The translations under genes and the position numbers were made by a program. Positions 27,101 to 44,800 of a stretch of 64,000 nt of DNA are shown piece by piece. Numbering within the stretch: the first letter of the stretch is position 1; each line of letters starts with the position of its first letter. The stretch is from Zygnema circumcarinatum SAG 698-1b. Lineage: Eukaryota; Plantae; Zygnematophyceae. The DNA lies in the NCBI GenBank assembly GCA_037447605.1, contig CM074808.1, positions 1,054,001-1,118,000 on the forward strand, written 5' to 3'. The notes under the pieces are model-generated. The model had not been told where the DNA came from. It saw only the letters and a program-made list of their open reading frames with translations, and made no database searches.

Positions 27101-28623
27101 AGCAATGCCTTGTACATCAGGTTGAACAATGGATGGCAAAGTAAAATTCCACCAGCATGTCGAGAAACATACAGTAAGTCTATGTAGACGTCACCATGCC
27201 GCATTGTCCCTTGTTTCTCAACGTTACCGCTACCACTTTCTGCTTTCATTTCAGAAAACCTAGATTGCAGCCGCTTGACTTGTTCCAATATCAGACAGTG
27301 TAGGATCCATAAAAAGCTGGCCTTGACTGACAAACTCACACCTGGTATTTTCTTATAAAATGGACAAGATAGCGCCCTTTTCGCTTGCTTCCCAGATAGT
27401 CCAGTGCTAGCAAAATTATTTGCTTTCTGAGAAGTTTGCTTTAGTTCCATAGCCTCTGATACTGATCCTTGAACAATTGTTCCCTCGCCAGACGGGCGCC
27501 AAGTGGTCCTATTTTCGTTTGACATAGAGTTAACCACCTCAGATGACTTGGTAGCGCCCATTCTCCTCCTAGACTCTGCAGAAATTTGTGTCAAAAAATA
27601 GGAATCAATTTGTTTCTGAATCTTTCTGGATTCGCTGCCTGCATTAAGCTCATCGGGCTTCCGCTTCAGCCCCAAGAAGGACGACAAAGTTCCCTGAACC
27701 ATCCTCTTCACTGTTGCTCCGTGCTGCTCCGGCCCTATACAGGTATTCGGCTGTTCATCAATCTCTGCAACTGTTGATGAAGTAGGAATGGCAACTGAAC
27801 TGCGGATGAAGTCATATTCTACCTTGACAGGTTGCCTGTCAACTGACTTCCTCACTTCCACAGAAAAAAGGGACTCTTCCCTGCTACACCTTTGTGCCAT
27901 TTTAGCCATTTCATTTGCGTTTCCCTCCGTCCTTTCGTTAGTGATTTCGTCCTCGTACCCTGCAACCTCTCGCTGCTTTCCTAAATCGCTGAATCTTCTT
28001 TCGCCCACTCCGCACTTCTGAAAGCTATTGCCATCTCTCCACGCAGGAGCTGCAAGCTCATCATGTTCAGCCCCATCCAGGGGAAGCTCACACCAATCAT
28101 CACTCGTGCAATCTTCCTTTTGAAATTCCAATTCAATAACCTCTGCATCGTCTATTTGCTCCGTCTCATCGCACCAATCCTCCCAAACCACGCGCTTTCC
28201 TTCCGCATCTTGCAGAAAATACCCTTCGCAGAGCTCCTCCTCCACTTTCATTTCACAAGTTCCTAACAAGATGAGAAATCTGCATTGAACTCACGTTCCT
28301 AGCCCTTACTGATGGAGCCAATATCGCTTCGTTTAGCGAGAGGATGTCTACCGCCATGTCTTCCTTCTCCCATGTTCCGTTTTCCATGGAACTGCATCGA
28401 CGGGACCTCGTCACCTTCACGCTTCTCTTCGCTCCCAAATGTTCGCATGCAATATTATTAGAGGGTATCGATCAAATGCAATTGCTAATTGATCAGAGTA
28501 GGAGAACAAAAAAACTGCAGTTGTTCTGATTTCCATTGCAATTCCATTGCATATTAGCAACACCTGCGCAAGCCATTTCTCTCCTTGTGCCTTCCACTGC
28601 AAAAAGTTCGCCACCAAATTCAT
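24145..28623 (-). CDS. SNM1: DNA cross-link repair nuclease SNM1/PSO2 (MBL/beta-CASP); start codon uncertain
   Basis: Exons encode [21 protein letters not shown] (HxHxDH), [58 protein letters not shown]. Stop TAG at 24145-24147. Large acidic exon 28262-27342. First exon(s) unresolved. Confidence 0.9.
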
Positions 28624-28699
28624 GAGCTACTCACTGTCCCCTGTACCGTTGTGCCTCCCAGGAACTCAAACTGTAACAGCCCGCTGAACATAGGCCCAC

Positions 28700-29000
28700 C
28701 CGTTGCTCCAAGTACGGAACCGCAACGGCGCCCACAAGGAAACGAACGCGACGCGAAGGCGTCCAAATTCCGGCAGCTGCCGCCACGTGGCCGCCCCGTC
28801 GCCCGCCGCGTGCCTTATCGCAGACGTGGCGCCAGCTCGGCGGGCCGCCGGGTCCACTTTTGGGCCCTGCCCTAAAGGGCTGCCTCTCCCTCCCTCCCCC
28901 TCCCCCTCCCCCTCCCCCTCCCTCCATTGTTTGCCCTACTCTCAGGCGGAGGACAGCTATCCATGGCGTGCTCGGCAGTGAGTGACGCGTGGCACTCTAA
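28700..29000. promoter_or_regulatory. GC-rich bidirectional promoter between SNM1 and SnRK1
   Basis: GCCACGTGGC palindrome at 28782-28791, AGACGTGGC at ~28822, GACGCGTGGC at ~28984, TGGGCC at 28861. Confidence 0.5.
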
Positions 29001-29299
29001 GGGAACTTGCAACCTGTACGGAAGGGGGGAGAGGGTAAATGGAGAGGATAGTTCACACGCCTGCTGAAGGAAGGGCGAGAAGGGGCCATGGCACATGCTT
29101 CCGGAAGGAGGGAGCGGGAGAGATGGTGAAGGTGGGGTCGGTGGTTGAGCTGGACGGGCTGAATGGAAATCCGGGTGAAGATGTTGTGAAGCTGGAGGTT
29201 GGGGGAGGATTAGGGTTTGTGCGCAGGCAGTGGGATAGGGCCACTGGATTTCGGTGCCTTTGTCAAGAATCCGGCTTTGTAGTAGAAGCATTGTAGTAG

Positions 29300-34680
<5,381 letters not shown>

Positions 34681-35713
34681 ATGTCAGCTCTTCCAAAGCT
34701 AGTTAAGGCTGTGAAGAGCTTGCAAAGGACTGTTTACTTGTTGATTAGTTCTTGCAGCTGGGTGGCGGATGATGCCAAGAAGCTCAAGGTAGCCATGGCG
34801 GGCGTTCCTCTTGGAACTGAGGCTTTTACAGTGAAGCGGAGATACTCGTGTTCAGAGTTGCCTAGACCAGCACTCATAGAGGTCTATGTAGGAATTGAAG
34901 CTTCTCTCAGTGACCATGGAGTGATAGTGCATTGCCATTAAACGTAGAGCAGATGCAAAGAGGTGCTAAGTAGATGCAGTTTCATTAAGTCCCAGTGAGG
35001 AGGAAGATTTCCGCTCCTTTTCAGTAGTGGAGCGACATTGACATGGCTGAACTATGGCAGATCGCTCGTAGGAACCTACTTTGTGTAATAGGCAAAATTG
35101 TGTCATTCATGTTCCAGATTGACCAGCAGACAACGAAAGGAAAGGCTCGGAGTTCCAGTTCACGCTGAATCTATGTTTATAGTTTGTTCTTCAGACTCGT
35201 CTGGCAGTTGGTCGGGGGTGTGTGTTTGGGTATGTGTGTGAGAGAGAGGGGGGGGAGGGAGAGAGGGGGGAGGAGAGAGAAAGAAATGCCCCTTGAAAAC
35301 TTAACCACTTATCTTTCTGAAATTCCTGTGAAAACTAATATTGTAGGTCCAACGGGAGTCTTTCACTGTATGCAGTTCTGGACGTTTTGGGCATCAATAT
35401 TTCCAGCCTTCATTAATGGGATTAATCCCTTTAAAGTTTCAACGATCCACGCTCTAACGTCAATCGACATGCAGTTCGATCATCGCAGTTCTCCTATGAA
35501 GTACAAAAAATGTGAATTGCAAAGTGAAGGGTAGAAGTACTAGAAAACTGTTAGAATAGTTTGTGGAATCCATGCCGCGTAATAAACTACGGAGAATACT
35601 TACTACGGTATGTAAAACGTCGCACGGCTTCCAAAGCATGCATGGCCCCCCTCCCCACTCCCCAGACCCCTTATTCAGGCCTCCTCAAATAGGGGATTTC
35701 GGCCTAAGATGAG

Positions 35714-36573
35714 AGAAAGTGATACAGCCGCCCCACTTTTTGGATATCCGCGCCCCCTTTTGGGAAAATTTGTACTTTCATTTTGGCTAATCACGCCCTC
35801 CCCCCCCCCCCTGGATCTTTCGGGAGGAGAGATCTTGTAGACAATCGGACCCCGCGCCTCGCGCGCAGGATCCGACCGTGCACCGACGTACGGCGCCGCG
35901 CCGCGATTGTCTACAGTAAGCAGTATTCATATTTTCGCCATGGTTTGGCAAATATGGGGCGAAAATCTTGATTTTGCAAATAGAAGGTTCGTGTTACCAA
36001 TAGGCGGGCGGTATTATGTTAGAGTTCATGTATGTTCGTACGTAGCGTACCGTGCCATATCGTAACATATCGTACCGTATCGCAAAGTTTCGTATCGTAT
36101 CTTATCGTATCGAATCCAAGAAGAAAGGGAAAGGAGCGAGCGCCTCTTATGGCAGCACTTGCGGGAAGATTCGGTGAGTTTTGCTTAAGCCCGTAACGGC
36201 TAGTACAGCAAGTATGAATAGTACGGATACTACGGATAGTACGGATAGTACGGTTAGTACGAATTGCACGGCTAACACAGAGTTACCGTACAAAAAGGTG
36301 GTTTCGGCAAAATCGGGGCGAATTTCTTGGGGACGCACTGTACAGCGTGGAAAATATGAGGACTGCTTACTGTAGACAATCGCGGCGCGGCGCCGTACGT
36401 CGGTGCACGGTCGGATCCTGCGCGCGAGGCGCGGGGTCCGATTGTCTACAAGATCTCTCCTCCCGAAAGATCCAAGGGGGGGGGGGGGGGGGATGATTAG
36501 CAAAAATGAAAGTACAAATTTTCCCAAAAGGGGGCGCAGATATCCAAAAAGTGGGGCGGCTGTATCATTTTCC
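35714..36573. mobile_element. Mutator/foldback-like element (family C) with ~220-bp near-perfect TIRs and 8-bp TSD
   Basis: Arms ~35714-35936 and ~36350-36573 are reverse complements. TSD AAGATGAG at 35706-35713 and 36574-36581. Centre has (ATCGT)-like and (TAGTACGGA)-like tandem repeats. Confidence 0.9.
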
Positions 36574-37028
36574 AAGATGAGGGATTGTTTCCTAAATAGG
36601 TTTTGAAAATACCCGTAAATCCGTCCTGTACGGACGAAGCCGTGCACGAGCGTGAACTGCGCTGGTGAAGAAGATGAAGGGGCCCGAGACGCAGCGCGGC
36701 CATGGCGCCGAGTTTGGTCGCGAGGTCACTACTGGCAGGGAGGGAGGGAGGGAGGGACCCGGCGACAGGCCTTGGCACTGACCTCTAGTGTTGGACAACA
36801 CCATCAGAACGTGACTCGTTTCTCAAGGATGGAGGAGGACCCGCCCTTTGTTGTCGCAAGTAGAGTTCATACGCATAGGATGACATCGCTATCGCGACGG
36901 CAAATGCAACTCATTTCACTTCGTTTTTACCCAAACTATGCTTTTTTAGGGCTTGTATGGTATTTAGGGTTACATCACTTCAACTAATCTCAGATTCTCC
37001 CATAAATAAGCGATTTACAATATTTAGG

Positions 37029-37445
37029 GGAGAACTATATACCGTCCCCCCTTTTTGGTTTTTAGGGCCCCCCCTTTGCTCTCTCCTGTAGTCTCTCTCC
37101 TTTGCTCTCACTCTGCTCTCTCTCTCTCTCGTTCTCTCTCTCTCTCTCCTCTGCTCTCTCTCCTCTAGTTTTTCTCTCCTCTACGCTCTCTCCTTTGCTC
37201 TCTGCTTTGCTCTCACTCCTCTCCTCACTCTCTTTCTCTCCTTTGCTCTCTCTCTCGAACGTTGCGCTGATGTGTGAGAAGGAGACAACGGGGGGGGAAT
37301 ATCCAAAATGGCGGGGGGCGGGATATTTCAAAACAGGGGGCAGAATAGCCGAGATGGGAGGGTCGGATTTAAGAAAAACAGTGGCGGGATAACCAAAAAG
37401 GGGAAGGGGGGAGAGGGGGGGAGGGGGGGGGGAGAATAGTTCTCC
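37029..37445. mobile_element. Mutator-like MITE (family D copy 1) with CT-microsatellite core and 8-bp TSD
   Basis: Ends GGAGAACTAT...ATAGTTCTCC. Perfect TSD TATTTAGG at 37021-37028 and 37446-37453. Homologous to 53853-54450 (shared GTTGCGCTGATGTGTGAGAA and right arm). Confidence 0.85.
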
Positions 37446-37602
37446 TATTTAGGGGACATCCCCTATTTTAGGAGGCCTGCCCGTAGTCCGTCTCCCAGAC
37501 CCAGGGACCGTACTGTACTGTACTGTGGCCAAAGTCAAAATGTTCTTTTTCAAAATTTCTAACCGTTCTCTAATTTGCGCATTTGGGCAAAAGCGGCGTA
37601 CA

Positions 37603-38189
37603 CCGTAAAACCGAACAGGTTGAGAAAATATGAAATTAAAATTTTTGGGTTCTCATAAAAATAAAATATTCAATACCAGTTTCAAAAAAAACCCTATATT
37701 TGTAAACACGATTCATTTTGAGAATGAGAAATGAATTCCTAATTTTTTTCTCAATACAATTTTTATGGAGAACCAATTGAACATTAAACAATTAATTATC
37801 CTTCGTGTTCAATTTGAGTTTCCATTGGGTCCACAGATCAACAATAAGGTTTTTAACCGATCGCAAACCTTGTGGATCCGGAGCTTCGTACAGAAAGTGT
37901 TGATCTTCTCGCCTGAGGAGCTGTACGGCAAAAATGGCGCTCGGGTTAACCGGATCCCTCGAATCGCACGGAACCAACGTGGCAAAAAAAATTGGAATTC
38001 ACACTTGCGATCAAATCTATGGAGTCTTTGAACTTTTATTTTTAAACTTTTCGCCTTCTTAAATCGAAAAAAATTCGACCTCGAGTGTTCAAAGTACAAC
38101 CCTATTAATTTATTTTATTATAATACGATTGAGAATTGAGTAATTTAGTAAACTCGCTTCTCAATTTCTCAACCTGTTCGGTTTTACGG
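37603..38189. mobile_element. MITE-like element, family A copy 2 (inverted relative to 5218-5828)
   Basis: Ends CCGTAAAACCGAACAGGTTGAGAAA and TTTCTCAACCTGTTCGGTTTTACGG. Interior aligns with copy 1 (e.g. TTTGCCACGTTGGTTC). Confidence 0.85.
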
Positions 38190-38852
38190 CCCATTTGTAC
38201 CCCATTTGTTTCCCGTATGCACCCCATTTGTGCCCCATGCACGTGGGAAAACGGCGCTGCCAGCTCCAGCTCTGCCAGCACTTGCAGGGCGCCCCTTGCG
38301 CTTTGCATTATTTGGAGTCGGGCGGGCGGGCGGAGCAGGCAGGCAGGGACAGGGATGGCTTCCTACCAAGCTCCCTCCTGGCCATGGATGGGGGCTGAGA
38401 TGAGAGATTGAGGGCCTCGACTCTCCATCTTACCTCTCGTTGCGCTGAGCTCATGGCTTTCATCGCCGCACCGCGGTGCAGCGAGAAGAGGGATCGCTGC
38501 AGCAGCAGCAGCAGTCGTTTCATGTGCGGCTATGGAGCTACTATGGTTACTCTTTTATCTTGGGGTGTTTGAGTCTTCAATTTCTGGACATATTTCCGAA
38601 GTTTGAGGATCGTTGTAAGGGAAATTTTCTTTTTCCCTCCGTTCGATAGTTATATATTTGTTGTACGATTTCGAGAAGGTTTCGGAACTCAGAGTGAGAT
38701 GTAGTAGCGTTATGGCGTAAACCGTCCTGTTCTGTAAGCTGTTCTTTAATCGGATCATCGATTTTTAGGATCGAGATTATAAAAATAGAAGTCAGTGTAG
38801 GCCTATTTGGCATAGCTTCCGGTGGCAGTCATTGCTGAACTTATCGGGCAGA

Positions 38853-41800
38853 ATGCAGTCCACAACCATAAGGAAGAAGAAACTTGGAGGAGGAACCGGT
38901 AAAGCGGGTGGTAAGCTTGTCGTCTCGGTTGCATCGAGGAACAAGGATGGCGGAGGAGCAGCAACACCCTCAAAGCCTGCGGCGGTTGAATCCCTCAGTT
39001 CCGTGAAATCTGGAAGCCTCCAACAGGCGGCTATCTCTAGTGCCGACCGGGGATCATCCTTGGTGGTAAAGGATGCTATCAGGCCATCACCCGGCGTTTC
39101 AAATGGTCATGCAAACGAAGCAGATGGATCCAGCGCTGAACCTCTTGTGGTGAAAGGACTGGCAACTAATGGGAAGTTGGCAAAAAACAAGATTATTCTG
39201 TCTAGTAAGGGGGGCACAGCGTCGAAGGAGGCGAGAGTACAGAGCTCTCAAGGGAAGCTTGGCCCTTTCGTGTTGCCTGGAGCATCAAGGGGATTAGCAG
39301 AGCTCCGAGAGAGTTTAAGGGAGGGCTCAGCTGCTGCTCCTCAGGCAGTTGATCTGAACAGTCGTTTGAAGGCTGCCAGTCTCCAACGGCCTCGCTGGGC
39401 AGGAGCCAGCTTGCAGGGGGATGTACCGCAGAATTTACCATCTGAACTGCAGTCGGACCCAACAAAGAGGTCAACAACAGCTCAATTGCCATTTGGCCGT
39501 CATCAGAAAATCTCGCTTTCGACAGCGCAGCCATTAGCTCCGCTCATAACAGGTATCTGATCATCACTGATTCGCATACTCTTGGTGCTTCCTTCCTTTC
39601 GGCTTCCCGGCTTGGCTGTAGCATTATTTTTGGTAGTGCGGTTCTGATTTCTCCTGGTCATGTTGCAGGCCTGAGCGCGGCCAGAATTATTTTATTGTAC
39701 TTGACAATGAGTTAGGTGCCTGGTATGTTGCAGCTGAGTCTCGTTTCGATGCTTCGTCTCAGGTTTCGCTGGCTGAGACGAGAGGAAGCCTGCAGATGCC
39801 TGTGCCTCCTGTAAGTGGCAGTCAGTTGCAAGGGGTTCCTGTGCAGACGGAAGCATGCGAACGTATTGATGAAAATGGAGCTCTTGAGTCGGGGTCCGTG
39901 GGGTCTTGTGAAGTCAGTTTAGCAGAGGTGGCCACCAATTCTCTAGATTCTATCGGAAGTGTCAGTCAGTTGCAAGAAGTTCCTGTGCACACACAGGCAC
40001 ACGAACCTATTGAGGAAGATAGAGCTCCTGAATTGAAGTCAGCGAGGTCCTCTGAGTTCCCTATAACAACGGTGGCGGCAGACTTCCAACATACATTTGG
40101 TTGCGGCAGTCAGTCGCAAGGAGTGCCTATGCACAGGGAAGCCTGGGAACGTATTGGGGAAAATGGAGCTCTTGAGTTGGGGTCGTCAGTTTCTGAAGTA
40201 TCTCTAACTGAGGTATCTGCCGATATTCAAGATTCTTTTGGAAGTGGCAGTTACTGGCAAGCGATGCCTGTGCACACGGAACCACGCGAACGTATTGAGG
40301 AAAATGGATCCTTTGAGCCGGGTTCGTCGAAATTTCACGAAGTCCCTTTGACAGAGGTGGCTGCCGATTTTCAAGATTCTTTTAGTAGCAGTCAGACGCA
40401 AGGAGTGCCTGTGTACACAGAAGCATGTGAACAGATGGAGGAGAAGGACGTTTGTGGAGTGGAGTCAACAGAGTTTTCTGAAGTCCCTGTGACAGAGGTA
40501 GCTGCTGATATTCAAGATTCTTTCACAAGTGGCGGTCAGTTAGAAGGAGTGCCTTTGCTCACAGAAGCATGCAAACCTATTGAGGAAAACAGTTCAAATG
40601 AGTCGGGGTCAGTGAGCTTTGCTGAAGTCCCTTTAACAGAGGTGACTGCCGAAATTCAAGATTCTTCTGTAAATGGCGGTGAGTGGCGAGAAGTGCCTCT
40701 GCAGTTGGAAGCATCTGAACGTATTGAGGAATATGGAGCTCTTGAGTTGGGTCCAGCAGAGTTTTCTGAAGCACCTTTAACAAAGATGGCTGCCGATCTT
40801 CAAAACTCTGAAGGAGGAGCGCAGCAGACGATGAAGTCACTGGCGAGCTTTTCGATGTGGCAGAGCACAACTAAGGAGAGTTGGTGGGGGGAATTTAGTG
40901 GGAAGCAAGATAGCACAGTGAGCTCAGCTCTGTGGGGAGGGGAAGAGGTTGAGAAGCCAGCAGCAAGGGAGTTTGTTCCGGAGACAGTTATCCAAGCGAC
41001 TGACAGGGATGAAAGGCATCATGATTTCTGGTTTCCTCCTGTGACTGAAGGAGAACACGTGGGAGATGTGGGACCCTTCTCTTTGCATGGTGAGGGTGAG
41101 CGGTCGAATCCTGATTTTGGCAGCTTCGTCGTACCTGAAAGTTATCCATTGGAGCAACCCTCTGAAATCAAATCACAACTTCCAGGAGAAATTGCCGGCA
41201 TTCCACCACCAAATTCAGAGTTAGTATTGCAGCAAGAGGACATTCATGCTGGGAATTGGCAGCAGAATAGCATGTATGCAGGGAAAGAAGTCGCAGTAAA
41301 AGAGGATCTGGCAGACGGGAAGGACTTTTGGCAATCAGGTGTTCAGGAGGAATGGGCATCTGGAAGTTTTCCTACACAGGAAGTGTCGCACATTGAGGAG
41401 CAGCAAGAAGGGACACCAGCTCAACACGACGACCTACATGCAGGTTGTTGGCAGCAGAATGGCATGCATACGGAGGAAGTGGTCACAGCGACAGAGCAAT
41501 TGGCAGATGATAGGAATTTTTGGCAGTCAGAAGTTCAACAGGAGTGGGTCGCTGAAAGCTTCATTTCACAGAAAGGACCATTCATAGAGCAGCACCAAGA
41601 AGGAACCACGGCACAGCGAGAGGACTTCAATTCCGGGAGTTGGCAGCAGGTTGCTACGCGCACAGGGGAAGTTGCCACAGGGACAGAGCATTTGGCAAAT
41701 GAGATAAGTTCTTGGCAGTCGAATGTCCCAAAGGAGTGGGCCTCTGAGAGCTTCACTACACAGAAAGTACCGCACACGGAGCAGCACCAAGAAGGAACAA

Positions 41801-44800
41801 CTTCTCAGCAGGAGGGCATCAATGCCGGGAGTTGGCAGCAGAATGACATGCCGATGGAGCATTTGGCAGGTGGGAGGGATTTTGGGCAGTCAGGGGTTCA
41901 ACAAGAGTGGGCCTCTGAAAGCTTCCCTACACAGGAAGTATCGCAGATTGAGCAGCATCGCGAAGAGTACGATTGGCAAGGAACAGATTCCGGGTTGGAT
42001 CAGAATCAACAATGGCAGGAACAGAACGAACAATGGCAGGATCAGAACCAACAGTGGCAGGATCAATATCCTGGTTGGTATTGGGATTACGATGCGCAGG
42101 AGTGGCGACAGACAGTAGATCAGAGTTTAGAACCTTGTATCAATGAAGCAAGCAATGCACTAGAGACAGGTACAGAAGACTTACCTTCTATGTCAAATGT
42201 GTCACATGAGGTTCTGCAGCCTGGAGGCATGATCTCTAGCTCGGAGATGACCAGTCATGGAAGTGAATGGCATTATGCAAGTGCAGGTGGTGAGAGTGAA
42301 AATGCATGGGAAGGAAACACTAGGGAGAATGACAGCTGGGATCGTACGGAGGAATCGGAAGCTGTTTCGGCCATGGAGCACCGGGCGCAGCAGCTGTCTG
42401 CTTTTGTGGCAAGCTCAATGGAGGGCCCAGCCTATCAAACAGCTGCTGCAAAGGTTATTCTGCCGAAGAATGATTTTCTCGTAGAAGATCCTAAACCAGA
42501 GCTTGCAGAAACGTCATTTCCAGCTGCGGGGAAGACGTCAACCAAAGGAGGCAGGGTTGAGGATGGGATGTTTGACAAGTCTGCTGAAAATCCCGATTCT
42601 TCTGATTTTGAATTCAATAAAGAAATCAGCCAAGCTCCAGGTTCTTTGATGACATCGTCATTGGGTCACCAAATGCTAACACCACTAGGGGAAACTGCTC
42701 AGGCAATGTTTCAGGATGACAAATCCTCAGAAGTGGGGCCGCAGGCTGATGCTGTGGAATCCTTGGAGGTGAGCGGAGGATTTTGGGATGAGCTTGGTGA
42801 TTCCGCTGTCGTGCAGAGTGTGCCATTCTCGAAGGACCTTGCTGTAGCGTCTGTTCCTTCCGCACCTAGCCAGCCCTTGGCGACAAACTCAACAGCTGGT
42901 GTTTCAGGTGCGCAACAACTAGATTTTGAGTTTGTGGATCAGAGTGAAGGTGCAGTGGCAGGTATGGAGAAAGACCAGCAGTCTCAAAGCCTTTTGCCTA
43001 AAGACAGTACGTTATTTCCAGTAGAAAAGACTGTGGTGGAGGACAGCTTTGCCTTCCCTAGAGAAAGTCAGAAAGCTTTTCCGGAAGCTTTTGATAGTTC
43101 TGCTGATGTGAGAACAAGTGAGGTTTTGCATCAGACACTTGGTGGGACGGTTACCCATTCAGAAGACTCCTCGGCGGATCAAATTTCCTCTGCTCTAGCT
43201 TGGGAAGGAGGACCACATGGTGATTGGAATCCAGGGCAGGAGGTACAAGAAAGTGTATGGACTGAAGATGGCCGACCATGGAGGTCAGAGGAGCCGCAAG
43301 ACCCTGAGGAAAGCTTTGCTGCGGATGGAGCAGGATTTTCTCAGAGCACTTCTGACATGTGGGCCGGCTCTACTGAATCCAATGAGAGTCGATGGTGGCT
43401 AGAAAATAGTCACTCCGGTGCATTAGGGACAATTACTGAAGAATCAACTGAGAAGTCTAGTGTGGATCAGTACCCTGGGTGGTATTGGGATTATCAAGCA
43501 CAGGAATGGCGGCAAACTGATGAATCGTATCAAGATTGGAATGGAGAATCTGTACCCGCTGTGGCTACAGAGACTGGTTTTGAAGAATATCAGCAATGGA
43601 GTGACACCTCATTTGCTCAGAATGGCACATTCCAGAATTTTGCACAAGAATCGAATGTTGCAGCTTATGCAGAATCTACGGCTCCTGCTGTTGTTGGAAC
43701 TGTTGCCAATGAGTATCAAGGTTGGAGTAACAACTGGCAAGCACAAGAAATTGTGTCCTCAGAAACTGCATTCGAGCAAGGCAGGTCGGCTGGAGATGCG
43801 GGCTCAATGGGGAGCCTTTTCAACCCTAGCGATGTCAAGCAGGCAGTTGAATTGCCGCCCGTCCAGCCAATGTGGGATGCTTCCGTAGATAGTGCCACTT
43901 GGGCTGGGGTTGGAGTGGGTTATGGTGGGAAGGCAGTCGGGCTGGAGACCTGGAAGCAGGAGCAACTTCCTTATGCTGTGTCTGCAGCTCCATCGCCTGT
44001 GACTTTTCCTCCCCGGACAAATGCTGAGGCAATGAAGGTTTCAGCAGGGTCTCCACCGCACACCCTCATCTGTATGGGCTTTGGAGGGTGCCTTGTCATC
44101 ATGAAGCCAAGAGATCCCGTCACTCTTCATCAGGGCGCTGAGATGCAGGTATGCGCCTCCTGCACCTGTTGGTATGGCTGCTAATTTTTTGTGGTCCTTT
44201 CGCTTGAGTTGTGTCCGTAAGGTTTATTTCCTGGTTGAATCAGTTTGGCAGCAGCTGCTCGGGAGCAAATGACTAAGTCTAAAACCTGCAACCTTCTTTA
44301 GGCTGCTCCCTTCCTGTTCTCTGACATCGATGATTCCTTTCAATAGAAGATATAGATTTCCTGAGCTTTGCTTTCTCTAAAGACCCAGTGTGTCTGATTG
44401 GAGTGGGCCTAAAAAATCGTTGGTGTTCTATCGTCCATGTGCAGACTATGCCTGCTCCCCAAGCATGGGCCCCGGGGGTTATTCGACTTGAAAGACTTAG
44501 CCAGGTGGTGCAGGCCAATGCTATTGGTGGGGAGGAAGGTCATGGTTCCCTCTACTTCAGCTCCCTTGGTCGACAAGCTTTAGTGGGCCCAATTAGCGCA
44601 GGGAGCGCATCACTGAAGGACATTCTGAAGTGGCTGGATGAGAGGGCTGTGAGGTGTTTCGAGGAGGAAGGGTTATGGGGTGACGGAGAATCGCTCCATC
44701 TTTTATGGGGGTTATTGCGTGTTGCCTGCCAAAATTATGGGACGCTTCGAAGCCCTTTAGGATTGCCGGGGATCGCTGAAAAGGTTTGCTGACCTAATCT

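Larger units (their letters stand above)
35676..37479. mobile_element. hAT-like non-autonomous element (family B) hosting two nested insertions
   Basis: TIRs CAGGCCTCCTCAAATAGGGGAT (35676) and ATCCCCTATTTTAGGAGGCCTG (ends 37479). Flanks CCCTTATT / CCCGTAGT match at 6/8, consistent with a decayed 8-bp TSD. Confidence 0.7.

Noticed and set aside
36195-36275. Short regular repeats as a CRISPR-like array
   Set aside because: Tandem 9-mers without unique spacers inside a eukaryotic TE; no cas genes.
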